Position numbers and translations under genes: made by a program. From positions 40,114,001 through 40,178,000 of the forward strand of contig OX597818.1 in assembly GCA_951406725.2 (NCBI GenBank): a DNA stretch of 64,000 nucleotides, given 5' to 3'. Of this stretch, positions 24,222 to 38,802 are shown piece by piece. The number at the start of each line of letters is the position of its first letter. The first letter of the stretch is position 1. The notes beneath the pieces were generated by a model, which searched no databases, was not told the origin of the DNA, and worked only from the letters and a program-made list of their open reading frames with translations. Origin of the DNA: Octopus vulgaris. Its lineage: Eukaryota.

Positions 24222-24859
24222 CTAAATCGTATTCTAAAAAACATCAATTGTCTAGGATTTCCTTTGTACCGAAGATTATTATTTTTTTTTCTAATGCTGA
24301 CCTTAACTTAAAGATGTTCAAACTGAACATAAATCACATGGATTTTTTTTCAGCTGTCTATGTTCTGGACACAATCCCATCCTCCTGGTTAAGCTTTAAA
24401 TTAATAAGGAAAAAGGTTCCTTGATCACTTTTGTATACTATTCTTCTACTTCCACTGAAGTCAACAAAGTCACTTAACTGGCTAGAAATAACAGACAAAT
24501 CTCCTGTAAATCACATGTCTGTCTGTCTTCAACAACGAAAGATTACATTAGATTATGTAGTTCTAGGCATCATCATCATCATTTTAACATCTACTTTTCC
24601 AGTCTTGTATGAGTCAGACAGAATTTGTTGTGACATATTTTTCTACAGATGGATACCCTTCCTTGCCAACACTCACCTGTTTCCAAGTAAGGTAATATTT
24701 CTCCATAACCAGGGATGTTTTCATGGAAGATTGGAAACGAAGGACTCAGCTTGCATGATGGTGATACAAGCATCATGCGAAGTCAAGACAAATAGATGTT
24801 AACAGCATGCGCATATATATATATGTGTGTGTGTATATATATGTGTTTGTGTGTGTGTG

Positions 24860-24918
<59 letters not shown>

Positions 24919-24927
24919 GTGTGTGTA

Positions 24928-24958
<31 letters not shown>

Positions 24959-24961
24959 CTG

Positions 24962-25549
24962 TAAATGTAATATGTGACAATTATTCGGTAGCCATGATAA
25001 AACTCCGAGTTTCGGATGCCGAGGTGGAAATCCTTTCCTATCCTTTCTCCATGTGCGGTTAACACAACCCCACAATTTATTGACACACACACACACACAC
25101 ATATGATTAATGAGAAAGACAGAAGATGGAAGATACAAGCATGTTTATTGATTACTGCAATTGCTTTGACTGAGAAATAAATCTTGCAGAGCAGACATTA
25201 ATTAATGAGATACATCTTGTAATCAGCTGAAGAGACACAAATACACTGAGGAGTACCCCTAAACCAGTTGTTCAGTATCCCACCCATGAAGGACTGATGT
25301 TAGTTAGATGGGTCGAAACTGTTGTAGTGATCAATAAACATATTCATATTTTCCTTCTTCCGTCTCTCTCATTAATCAAATACCCAATGAACTCCGAAAG
25401 TGAACGTGCTTTGCCAGTAAGCTACCAGGTGTATACTATATGATTTATTACCTAATTATATATATTAGTAAAAAAAGGTAAAATAACAAAATCTCTTGTG
25501 TGGATTTTCACCTTAGCATCCAAAACTACTGAATAATTGTCACATATTA

Positions 25550-25552
<3 letters not shown>
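24962..25552. mobile_element. Nested inverted-repeat structure of two Penelope-like short repeats
   Basis: Outer arms about 24965-25032 and 25500-25550; inner arms about 25104-25170 and 25312-25378; hammerhead-like CTGAGGA..GAAAC at 25246-25319; flanked by TA/CA microsatellites. Confidence 0.55.
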
Positions 25553-25615
<63 letters not shown>

Positions 25616-27859
25616 GTACCATACATACATACACAATGGGTTTCTTTCAGTTTCTGTTTACCAAGCTTTGTTTTTGCTTGAGGGCTAAAATCGAAGACAT
25701 TTGGTCAAGGTGTCATGCAGTGAGGCTGAACCTGAAACCATGTGGTTGGGAAGCAAAATTCTTACCTTGCAATCACACCTGTGCCATGTGCCTATCCACA
25801 TAGCCACCCCTGTGCCATCTCAATATATATATAGGGAGGGCATGGCGTTAGGAAGGGCATGATGTTAGGAAGGGCATCCAGCCGTAGAAACATTGCCAGA
25901 TCAGATTGGGCCTGGTGCAGCCTTCTGGCTTCCCAGACCCCAGTTGAACCATCCAACCCATGCTAGCATGGAAAGTGGACACTAAATGATGATGATGATA
26001 TATATATATATATATAAATAAGAAACGACTGCCATAGTTTCAAGGCCTTTGATCATAGAACTACTTGATAAGAGTAGGCTTTGGGTTAAACTACAACTTG
26101 TATCTTATCTTATCTCTCAATTATCTTACACAATCTTTTACTATTTGCCAACATCAGTATGGTCTGAGAATTTTTTTTATTTCTGTATAAACAATAATGT
26201 TAATTGTATACAATGGGTTCTATATATTTTCATATCACTTCCTTATATGACATTTTTTTTTATATGAGCCAATGAAGAGGCTCCTAAGTTGGTCTACAAT
26301 AAATAAGTCAAATTCTCTTTGAATCACTCCTTACCTTCTTAAAAAAAAACAAACAACCCCCCCCCCCCAAAAAAAAAACTGCAGGAGTTAGGGGCTATAT
26401 TTAAGAGTGTTATCCAGGGCATGTAATATGAAAATAAGACAGGATGTGGGGCATGGCTGAGTGGTTGAGAAGGTTGCTTCCTAACCATATGGTGTCATGT
26501 TAGGTCCCATTGTGTGATACTTTGGAAATATATTTTCTTTTCTACTCTAGCCCTGAGCTGACGAAAAGCCTTGTGAACAGTCACAGTAAACAAAGCCCAA
26601 AAGAGCCTTCTTTTGTGTGTGTGTGTGTGTGAGAGAGAGAGATAACCCAACCTATATTAGCATGGAAGACAGATGTTAAATGATGATGATGGTGACATAT
26701 CTGGACTGGCTACTGTGCAGGTGGGACGTAAAAAGCACCATTTCGAGCGTGGCTGTTGCCAGTATCGCCTGACTGGCCTTCGTGCTGGTGGCACGTAAAA
26801 GCACCCACTACACTCTTGGAGTGGTTGGCGTTAGGAAGGGCATCCAGCTGTAGAAACTCTGCCAGATCAAGATTGGAGCCTGGTGCAACCATCTGGTTTG
26901 CCAGTCCTCAGTCAAATCGTCCAACCCATGCTAGCATGGAAAGCGGACATTAAACGACGATGATGATGATCATCATCATGTCTGTGTGCTTATGAATGTA
27001 TCTATGTGTGTGTCTGTGTCTGCGTCTCTTGTGACAGTGTTGTAAACAATCCTCACTGTTACAGAAGCAGCATTCGTTCAGAGGAAGGGCATCAGGCCAT
27101 AGAAAATCTGCCTCAGTGACTTCTGTCCGACCCATTTGAACATGGAAAAGTGGATGATAAATGATGGTGATGATGATGTTCATGGCTGGAACACTTTGCA
27201 CTCACACCCTAGCTGAACTTAAACAAGAACCTTACATCAATACATATTTCATTGTTTTAAACTGCACCCCCTCTCTCTCTTCCCCCCTCTCTCTCTTCCC
27301 CCCTCTCTCTCTCTCAGCTTCTCTTCCTTCCTCTCTCAGCTTCTCTTCCTCCCCCTCTCAGCTTCTCTTCCTCCCCCTCTCAGCTCTTCCCCTCTCAACT
27401 TTTCTCCCTCCCCCACTCAGCCTCTTTACCTCCCTCTCAGCAGGTCACCTGTAGTCACTTTGAACTTCAGTGATTATTCTCAGGTAATATCTTTGCTATT
27501 TAAATCAGTAATTCTTAATATTATAAGCGAAGCATTAAAACTTACCTATTTGATGCTGAAGATCTCTGATCTGCCTCAGGTGGTGTGTCAAATTACATTA
27601 CCTTATTATACACAAGAAACAAAAATAAAGGTGTTGAGAGACATGAAGCTTATAATCTAGCCACAGCCCATTTCTCTTTTTCCCTTCCTCATTTTCTCTT
27701 TGTTCCTTTTGTGAAAAGTATTTAACAATAAGACTTATTCAGTTTCCAGTTTAAACTGAGTAACATTGTGGTGTTGGTTGTTACTTTATCACTAACCCAG
27801 TCACAATTGTATTATATTTCTTCAGGGCTTTCAATGCATAAATCTGGGTGAGAATGTAC

Positions 27860-27914
<55 letters not shown>

Positions 27915-27915
<1 letters not shown>

Positions 27916-28323
27916 TCTCTTTACTCTTTTACTTGTTTCAGTCATTTGACTGCGGCCATGCTGGAGCACCGCCTTTAATCGAGCAACTCGACCCCGGGAC
28001 TTATTCTTTTGTAAGCCCAGTACTTATTTTATCGGTCTGTTTTGCCGAACCGCTAAGTAACGGAGACATAAACACACCAGCATCAGTTGTCCAGCAATGC
28101 TAGAGGGACAAATACAGACACACAAACACACACACGCATATATATATATATATATACATATATACGATGGGCTTCTTTCAGTTTCCGTCTACCAAATCCA
28201 CTCACAAGGCTTTGGTCGGCCCGAGGCTATAGTAGAAGACACTTGCCCAAGGTGCCACGCAGTGGGACTGAACCCCGAACCATGTGGTTGGTAAACAAGC
28301 TACTAACCACACAGCCACTCCTG
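27915..28323 (-). mobile_element. Young family B SINE
   Basis: CpG-rich, near-consensus copy. Confidence 0.9.
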
Positions 28324-28678
28324 CATATTATATATTTATATACATATTATATATTTAGCAATTCATTTTGCATGATTCCTGATGTGAAATCGTGTGTTGA
28401 AACAGATATTGTTGTATTTCGGGATGGTCATTGTTTTTTTTGTTTTTTTTTGCCAAATAAACACACTAGATATTTTTTCTTCACTTGTTTTATTACTGTT
28501 CTTTTTTTTTTTTGTTATTTTAACTCATGTCCAACTGAATCTCTCTCTCTCACTCTCTCTCAACCTACCTCTCTCCCTCTGTGTATATGCGTGTGTGTGT
28601 GTGTTTGCACTTGCAATGGCTGCATTGAAAATTTGTCTTGAAGAACAAGAAGTGAGTGCTCAATATATATATATATAT

Positions 28679-28845
28679 AGGCGCAGGAGTGGCTGTGTGG
28701 TAAGTACCTTGCTTACCAACAATATGGTTCCAGGTTCAGTCCCACTGTGTGGCACATTGCGCAAGTCTTCTACTATAGCCTCGGGCCGACCAAAGCCTAG
28801 TGAGTGGATTTGGTACGCAGAAACTGAAAGAAGCTTGTTGTATAT

Positions 28846-28889
<44 letters not shown>

Positions 28890-29110
28890 GTGTGTATATA
28901 TGTTTGTGTGTCTCTGTTTGTCCCCCCAGCAATGCTTGACAACCGATGCTGGTGTGTTTACCTCGCCGTAACTTAGCAGTTTGGCAATAGAGACCGATAG
29001 AATAAGTACTAGGCTTACAAAGAATAAGTCCTAGGGTTTGATTTGCTCGACTAAAGGTGGTGCTCCAGCATGGCTGCTGTCAAATGACTGAAACAAGTAA
29101 AAGAGTAAAT
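28679..29110 (+). mobile_element. Family B SINE, head-to-head with 27915-28323
   Basis: Head ggcgcaggagtggctgtgtggtaag, CORE-like motif, TA repeat, tail gaaacaagtaaaagag. Confidence 0.9.
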
Positions 29111-32100
29111 ATATATGTATATATGATAGATAAAGCAAGTCATAAAAAACACAAGGAAAAGACAAAGTTAGTGGTCACTTATACCACAACAACCACACCT
29201 ACAAGAACTACAAAAAAGAGATAGGATTATTGCCACTACCTATGCAGGTTTTTGGTACAAGTCAGGAGAGTAATAAATCAAACTTGACATTTTATGGTAT
29301 TTTGTTTATGTTCTGAATTCAAACCCTGCTTGGAGTCCACTTTAACAATTTATACTTTCCAGGGTCAGGGTCAGTGAATTAAGTACCATCAATTGCTGAA
29401 TTTGATTAGGTTGATTACACTAATTTCCTTAATGTTTATAGTCTTGAGCCAAAGTACAAATCCCTGCCATCATCATGAACACCATCACAATAATGACCAC
29501 CAAAACCACCACCACCTTCACTTCCACCACCAATCCCATAACAATAACCATCACCACCACCTCCAATAATACCATGGCAACCCGGTGACCATCACTATCA
29601 CCATGGCAACAATGACCACCAATACCATGGCAACAATACCCCCTCCCCCCGCACACCATAATGTAGTTTCTATGCTAGTTACTGTTAGCTATTCCAAATT
29701 CCAGGATGTAATGACTATTAACTGCATAAATCTTCTTGTGGAAGACATGCATAGCCACTCCCATCTAACTTCATCTAACTTCAATACTAGTCAGAGAGGG
29801 AGGCCTGTAATTGATCACCGGACCTGCTAGAAACACCAGCTAAAAATCTTCCTCAAACTCGCACAGTACTAATTTCACCTGGAAAGACACTTTAGATAGA
29901 AATGTGGATTGCTGTCAGTTTTGATTGAATGTTCATTGGTTCATTCAACTAAACTGAACAGTTTACAGTTTTACACACTGATTCAGTATACAAGTAGTTG
30001 AATACCCCCATAGACATATATACCCTTAACCCTTTAGCATTCAGATTATTCATATCTTTACTTGTTTCAGTCACTGGACTGCGGCCATGCAGGAGCACCG
30101 CTTTTAGTCGAGCAATTCGACCCCAGGACTTATTCTTTGTAAGCCCAGTACTTTATTCTATCGGTCTCTTTTGCCGAACTGCTAAGTTACGGGGACATAA
30201 ACACACCACCATCGGTTGTCAAGCGATGTTGGGGGGACAAACAGAGACACACAAACATATACACACGCACACATGCATATATATACATATATATGACAGG
30301 CTTCTTTCAGTTTCCATCTACCAAATCCACTCACAAGGCTTTGGTCGTCCCGAAGCTATAGTAGAAGACACTTGTCCAAAGTTCCACGCAGTGGGACTGA
30401 ACCTGGAACCATGTGGTTGGTAAGCAAGCTACTTACACCTGCACCTTAGTTCATGAGGAATATGGAGAAGGGCAATGGAACAACTGTTACTCAGTTTTTT
30501 CCTGGCCGTGTCAATGTATGTCAGATATAATAATTATAATGATGATAATACATTTTACGATAGGCACAAGGCCTGAAATTTTGAAGGGGAGGGCCAGTTG
30601 ATTATATCAATTTCAACGCTTCCAACGTCACCATCGTTACCAGCATCGCCTTACTGGCACCTGTGCTGGTGGCATGTGTAAAAGGATTCGAGCAAGGTCA
30701 TTGCCAGTATCTCCTGCCTGGTCCCCGTGCCAGTGGCATGTAAAAAGCACCCACTTAACTCTCGGAGTGGTTGGCGTTAGGAAGGGCATCCAGCTGTAGA
30801 AACTCTGCCAAATCAAGATTGGAGACTGGTGCAACCATCTGGTTCGCCAGCCCTCAGTCAAAATCGTCCAACCCATGCTAGCATGGAAAGCGGACGTTAA
30901 ACGATGATGATGATGATGTCTTGAACTTATCGAATCTGAAAGGATAAAAGAGAAAGTCAGTTTTGGTGGAATCTGAACCTAGAATGTAAAGCTGGAAGAA
31001 ATGTCACAAAGCATTTTGTCTGTTGCGCTTATGATTGTGTCGGCTCACCACCTTAATAATAATAATAATAATAATAATGATTTCATGTATTTGCCACAAG
31101 GGCGAAGGATGAGGGGGAACAATACAAGTAATAATAACTATGTAACAACAACAACCACAACAAAAGATGTTTTGAAATGTTAACAGTCATTGTACTTGCA
31201 AGGTGCTCTTAGTTAAAAATGACTTCTCTCATAATGCTTCAGGTGTACTAATCCCTAAACCCAGTTCAAATGGGTTATCTGTATCCCTTGTCATCAACTT
31301 CAAACTGAGAAACATTTCTTTCCTTCCCAGCCACACTCTGTGAACTTGGATTATTTAATCAGGCTGTGTATGAAAGAAATGTTCATGGGTTTTATTTGAC
31401 TGGCAATGACCCAAATTAGTTTGCTATAAATAAATTCAATACAGAGGTGTAGTTTACTACCTTAGGTTCAAAATCCATTTGTCAAAGATATTTACAATTG
31501 ATTTTGATAAATGCTGTTGTTAGATGCAGGTGTGGTTCTGTAGTAAGAAGTTTACCACTCAAGGGGGGGGGGAGGAGAAAAACAAGACATTGTGGTTTGT
31601 GACACACTGCTGGCATGTCCCAAAGCACCTTTGATGGGAGTTGTGTCACCGAAGGTAGAAACTGTAGGCCCTTCCCATGCTAAGAATGAGGAGTTTGTGA
31701 TCCTCTTCCATAAGGGAGGGTCATTGAAAAGCTTTAAGAAGTTTAAAAAGAAAGGCCGGAGGGAAGGGATTCTATCCTGCACTGAGGACCCTGACTGGCC
31801 TTTGCAGGTGGCTGGGGAGGTCATATGGGAGACCAGTTTGTGCAAGGTGATGAACTCCTTCCCCGAGGGCACTTTTAGATCTATGTTAAAGTGACCCGAC
31901 TTGGTACCGTTCAGGTGTTTGAATGAGTCGAGGAGCCTGGTCGGGCATGAAAGTTTATAATTGAAAATAAAAGTAAGAAGCTTAGTGTCTCATTTTGTTT
32001 TTTGAATTGTGAACAATGTTAGAGGTTTGTTGCCTCATGTGTGAAATTATAAAAGATCAATGTTCTCGGGTAAGCAGCAATTGGCGGGCATTGCTTGTTG

Positions 32101-33924
32101 CCCTCATTAATCATCATTTTCATTTGTCATTTCATATAACATTATGTCTATGTCCAACCCGCAGTTTCCCTTCCATGTAATGCCCTTGTGGCAAATAATA
32201 TGAATAAAAGAAGATTACTTCCCAACCACATGGTTCTGGGTTCAGGTCCTACTGCATGACACTTTGGGTCGACCAAAGAGTTGTGAGTAAATTTGATAGA
32301 TGGAAACTGAAAGAAGCCCTTCATATATACGTGTATGTGTATGTGTGTGAGTTTTTGTATGTGTTTGTCCCCTACGACTACTTTGCAACTAGTGTTGGCA
32401 TATTTACTCCCCACAACTTAATGGTTTAGTCGAAAACGACTGATTGTATAGGTACCAGGCTTTACAAGAAACTAAATAAATAAAATAAAAAAGAACAAGT
32501 ACGGTGGGGTTTATTCATTCAACTAAAATTCTTCAAGGTGATGTCCCAGCAGGGCCGCAGTCTAATAACTGAAACAAGTAAAAGATATAAAGATAAACAT
32601 CTGTAGCTACTTGCTTTTTATTCTATTGACTTCATTAGGATGAGCTCTCAACATTCAAGAACCAACCCTAACATCAAGTGCAGCATCTGTTAATTTTTTC
32701 TTCTGTGGTAGACCTTTGGTACAACATAATATTTTCTTCACCTGGGATGAAATATCGTTGCTGCAGGTTTTTAGTTTCTCTTTCCTTATAATACTAGGAT
32801 GTCTAGGTTAATTAAGAAATAATTATTATACAGCTGTGTACTGGGTGTAACCATTTATCTTTATCTAATTTATGGTTCATTATCTAGTCTGATTCGGTTA
32901 AGTTTCAGTAAACATTTTCCACTTCCTTCTTCATGGGAGAGAGAGAAGGAAAAGCTTTCATAAATCCATTAGTGATGGCTTTCAGAAGAGCAGAAAGGAT
33001 GTGTGCATCATGACCCCTAAAGTCTCAGAGGTTTATAATGAATGTAATGTGTAAATGCATCAATCAGATGCAAGTAAATTCTAGAGAGATACAGTTTCTG
33101 AGAGAGAGGATTGATTATATCATCATCATCGTCATCATCATCATCATACTCATCATCATCGTAGTTATCATCATCATAGTTATCATCATCATCATCATCA
33201 TCAACATTTTAATGTTCACTTTACCTTCCTTGCATAAATTGTCTGAAATATATTGAAGTAGAATTCCATGGCTGGATGCCCTTTCTTGTTGTCAACCGTC
33301 ACCTATTTCCAAGCAAGGTGATATATTTTGCCATGGCCAGAGATGTTTTGGCTGAATATTGGAAGTGACACTGCTCATATAACAGTTTCAGTTACAGCTA
33401 TTAATGTGATGTCAAGGAAAGGAGACAAATATCCATCTATCCATCCATATATATATATATTCATATAGTGAAGGCATGTGGCTTAGTGGTTAGGGCATTC
33501 AGCTGACGATTGTGAGTTCAATTCTCGGTGACATGTTTTGTCCTTGAGCAAGACACTTTATTTCACGTTGCTCCAGCCCACTCAGCTTGCAAAAATGAGT
33601 AGTACCTGTATTTCAAAGGGCCAGCCTTGTCACACTCTGTGTCATGCTGAATCTCCCTGGGAACTATGTTAAGGGTACATGTGTCTGTGGAGTGGTCAGT
33701 CATTTGCATGTTAATTTCACGAGCAAGCTGTTCTATTGATTGTATCAGCTGGGACCCTTGTCGTCATAACCAACAGAGTGCTCTAGTATTTATATATATA
33801 TATGTAGACACACATATATACATGTGCGTGTGTATGTATGTGTATATACACACACACACATATACGTGTGTGTGTGCCTGTCTATATATATACCCACACA
33901 GACAGACCGACTATATATATAGCC

Positions 33925-33964
<40 letters not shown>

Positions 33965-35778
33965 CACAGACTATATATATATATAGTCTGTTTGTCTATA
34001 TATATTAGGTGGCGAGCCTCACACGTGGGGTGAAATGCTTAGCGGTTTTTCATCTGCCACTATATTCTGAGTTCAAATTCCGCCGAGGTTGACTTTGCCT
34101 TTCATCCTTTCAGGGTCGATTAAATAAGTACAGAGAGGACAAACAAGGACAGACAAATGGGTTAAGTCGATTATATCGACCCCAGTGCGTAACTGGTATT
34201 TAATTTATCGACCCCAAAAGGATGAAAAGCAAAGTTGACCTCGGCGAAATTTGAACTTAGATCGTAGCGGCAGACGAAATACTGCTAAGCATTTCACCCG
34301 GCATGCTAACATTTCTGCCAGTTCACCTATAGGGAAGATACCATTAACCATCTTATTAGATGTATGATATATCTTATTTGAGATACTTTGGTTAGGTGTT
34401 GACGAGAGAGTATCGGATATTGCTTGATGTTGTGTGGATTTAATTTGCTAGACTATTGGCCATATGACCATGAGTTCAAATTTTACTGCTCCACTTATTT
34501 TGTTATGCCTCTTGGGCACTGAGGTTGATTTTTGTTTTATCAAACCCTTCAAGGTGGTGGTGTTTCCACAAGGCTGCAATCCAGTCACTAAAATAAGTAG
34601 ATGATGATAGATGATATTGCACTAATTTGAGCTAGTAGATCAACGGGATCTACGAACAATCCTTTTTATTATCAACTTTTAACCTCGTTTAGATTAAATC
34701 TTAGTAATTAATTCATAATTAATGGAAGGTATGTCAGCAGTTGTGTCAGGTTACATTTGCTGAAAGGATTGTTGGAGTTTTGAGTGGGTTATTTAGTGAT
34801 GATATATTGATAATAATGTTATTTTACATTCTCTGCAAGAACTGTTGTTGTTATGTTAATTGCTGTTAATGCTAGTTAAGATCTGAAAGAGCATACCTTA
34901 TGACCAAGAGTCTTCCAGTTGTGACATTACCTTCTATAAATCAGACAATTTATCTATGCTTATGTTATTTGATGTGTCTTTCATTGGATATGGTATGGCT
35001 GCTATTTCTAGTAGATTAATGGCTACATAGGTGTCCTCTTATTGGCTCATGCTGTTGATGCTACTTGCTGGTATATATAGTAAATGTCTTGTGACTATGT
35101 ATGAGTATTTAGTGCCATTTAAGCTCTGAATGATTGCACCTATAATCCAATGATCTTCCAAATGTGACCATGTCATCTATAAGTCAGGCAGTGTATGTAG
35201 AACTATATTATTTAATGTATCCTTAGCTTTTTATTTTAAGACAGTTGGAAGTGATATGGTTGCTATTTCTAGCAGATCAAGTAACCATATAAATGTCCCC
35301 TTATTAGCTGATGTTGCTGATACTGCTCTTGTGTATAATAAATGCCTTGTCACTCTGTATCAGTGTTGGTGTATATATTAGAATTTTTGAGGCTGTCTTT
35401 CGCTTCTTCGTGCTGCTGCTGCTGTTGTACTTATTATTGTTTAGTGTAGAGTTTGCTCTAATTAAACAACAGGCTTATGATGGAGGGTGTTCCAGTGATG
35501 ACCTTTCCTTTTTTTTTTAAAATTAATTTCCTTGTATACTCTTTACTCTTATACTTGCTTCAGTCATTTTGACTGTGGCCATGCTGGAGCACCGCCTTTA
35601 GTCGAGCAAATCAACCCCATGACTTATTCTTTGTAAGCCTAGTACTTATTCTATCAGCCTCTTTTGCTGAACCACTAAGTTACAAGGATGTAAACACACC
35701 AGCATCAGTTGTCAAGCGATGTTGGGGACACACATACACAAACATATACACACACATGCATATATATATATAAAAGAA

Positions 35779-35825
<47 letters not shown>

Positions 35826-37226
35826 ATAGGCTTCTTTCAGTTTCCGTCTACCAAATCCACTCACAAGGCTTTGGTTGGCCAGAGGCTATAGTAGAAGACA
35901 CCCAAGGTGCCACGCAGTGGGACTGAACCAGGAACCATGTGGTAAGTAAGCCACTTACCACGCATAATAATCCTCCAAAGATACAGCCAAATTTATGTTG
36001 TAATTATAGAAGTTCCCAATTTATTTTACCCAGTGGAAGGTACTTTTGTTCTCATTTGCTTCTATTTAAATAGACAAGCTGCTGCAAGTTGATAAATGAC
36101 ACAAAATTGTAAAGACTTCCTTTTTCAAAATCTTTTCATATAAATCAAAGATTGGAGAGGGGGAACATGCATACATTACCTATGTACATACATATATCTA
36201 TATACATATATGCATGTGTATTGCACTATACATGCACACAGTAGGGAGTTCCTCTTTTCTTTTCTTCCATATATTTTTTTTTTAGAAAAAGCATGTGTCT
36301 GGATTTGATATGTTAAGAGTTTTAACAAAGAGGAGAAAAAAAAAAATGAGTAAATTTTTTTTTTTTGTGTGGAAAAGATAGAGGTAGAGTTGGTAAACAA
36401 TCTCTTATCTTTAATGAGCCTGAATTAAAATTTCTGATTTGGATATATTTTTAGAGAAGGCTTTTTACAAATAGAAAGTAATCAACCTCTCAGTTTGTGG
36501 TTCCTTAATCAACAACAAAAGTCTGTAATGTGTTGCAGAAACAGCAGATATGAATAGCATGTCTGTTTCTTTAAATGCGTCTAAATATTCTAGTGTTAAG
36601 TCAGTGTACACATATTTATTTAAGTAATGAATTAAGAGATATTAATTAACTAAAAATTATTCTTGTAATGAGGAAGAAAAAATATATTGGTTTAATATAG
36701 CAGGAGTGGCTGTGTGGTAAGTAGCTTGCTAACCAACCACATGGTTCCGGGTTCAGTCCCACTGCGTGGCATCTTGGGCAAGTGTCTTCTGCTATAGCCC
36801 CGGGCCAACCAATGCCTTGTGAGTGGATTTGGTAGACAGAAACTGAAAGAAGCCTGTCGTATATATGTATATATATATATGTATATGTATGTATGTGTTT
36901 GTGTGTCTGTGTTTGTACCCCTAGCATTGCTTGACAACCGATGCTGGTGTGTTTACGCCCCAGTCACTTAGCGGTTCCGCAAAAGAGACCGATAGAATAA
37001 GTACTGGGCTTACAAAGAATAAGTCCCGGGGTCGATTTGCTCGACTAAAAGCGGTGCTCCAGCATGGCCGCAGTCAAATGACTGAAACATGTAAAAGAGT
37101 AAAGAGAGTAATAATTAATTCTGATCATCAAATAAAGAAAAGCTAATGTTGACATTTAATTTAATTAGATATAAAATTTGGGCAATGCATTGTGGAGTGA
37201 ATCAAATTTTTATCTAAAACTGATAA

Positions 37227-37270
37227 TTTTACATATTTCAGTCTTATTAGACCTCATCAGTGGTGTAAAA
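37227..37270 (-). ncRNA. Isolated minimal hammerhead-like motif
   Basis: Minus strand: acca CTGATGA ggtct aata agact GAAA tat GTA. Clean core and stem II; stem I 3' strand non-canonical. Confidence 0.4.
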
Positions 37271-38251
37271 CTTGTATTTTAACTATTTTGAAGAGTGCCT
37301 CTGAGATGCTTTCTAATGCAATCAACCCAGCTGAGCAAACTTGAGTAGAATTAAGTAAAGTCTGGGGCACACTGGGTAGTCACCTGTAGTGGTGGTGGGG
37401 GTCTGCAGAGTTAGGATGCCCAAAGGAGTAGTTGTGTATGTAGAGGCCCTCGTGCAATGCTTTACCCAGGAGCCTGGCCCTGTCTGGGACTAAATATTAT
37501 AAATATGTTACTGTTAATTCTGACTGAGCAGGCCTATGATCAAAGATGTTCCACCCATGACCACCACATCTTTTTTTTTTTTTCTTACTCACAGATTCTA
37601 TCCAGGACTATCTTATTCAGTGTGTTCTTCCTTTTATTTGTATGGTGTGATGTGAGGGATATTTGGTTGCTATTCTTCGTGCTTAAAAGACATCATGTTG
37701 GTTCGGTCTGGTCTTGTCTTAGATTAAGAAAAATGTGAGCTGAATGAGTCAACTATGACAAATTTCCAGCATATCATAAGTCACACAATAGAAAGTCTAT
37801 AACAAACAACATCCTGTTTCTCTAATATAAACAACTATGTACCCAAAGTTTGACATTACATCCATTTGACAGCTGAATTTTTCTACATTCCACTTTCATT
37901 TATTTTGGCAAGGCCCATAGCAGGTTGTATAAAAAGATATTTTTTGGTGGGGAGATTTAATTAGATTTTTTTTTGTTTCATACATTTACTAGTTTTCCCC
38001 ATTGAATTAGGCCATGATGGGACATTGCTTTTAGGCATTTTTAGCTGATTATATTATATCAACCCCAGTATTTTTTCTGTTAACTTTTTTTATTGACTCT
38101 GTAAGGAAGAATGGCCAAATTGACTAAACATTAATGAGCCTAATTAAGATGGATCACTAATGCTGTAGGGTATTATTCGTTTGACACACTGATTCTGCTT
38201 GATTGTATCTAGGACTATCTTATTCTTCTGTGTGTTCTTTCTTTTATTTAA

Positions 38252-38802
38252 CCCTTTTGTTACCGTATTTCTGCAGAAATTCTTTGCCTTTCATCCTTTC
38301 GGGGTCGATTAAATAAGTACCAGTTACGCACTGGGGTCGATATAATCGACTTAATCCATTTGTCCTTGTTTGTCCTCTCTGTGTTTAGCCCCTTGTGGGT
38401 AGTAAAGAAATATGAAATTCTCTTCCTTTCATTTTGAGATGTTCTGTGTTTCTTTCAATTACTTGAAATATAAAGAATTCAGTAAAGTAACTTAGTTATC
38501 ATTAAGCTAAAGTTAGGAACATAAAATAGGTATTTCATCTGTCTTTGCATTCTAAGTTCAAATTTCGCCGGGGTCGATTTTACCTTTCATCCTTTCAGGG
38601 TTGATAAATTAAGTACCAGTTACGCACTGGGGTTGATGTAATCGACTTAAACCCTTTGTCTGTCCTTGTTTGTCCCTTCTATGTTTAGCCCTTTGTGGGC
38701 AGTAAAGAAATAAGTAAAGAAATAAGCTAGAGTTAGGAACATAAATTGTGACTAAAGTTTGGTGACTCAGAGCCAGTTTCAGCCGGTTTGGTAATGAAAG
38801 GG
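38252..38802. mobile_element. piggyBac-like MITE family 1 with two nested family A SINE fragments
   Basis: TTAA|cccttttgttacc ... ggtaatgaaaggg|TTAA; SINE inserts at about 38285-38412 and 38526-38722, the latter with a 23-bp TSD (one mismatch). Confidence 0.85.

Noticed and set aside
34870-35520. About 245-bp degenerate tandem units
   Set aside because: Similar to an old dispersed repeat also at about 5925, 17920, 23040, 26290 and 37500; too decayed to classify.
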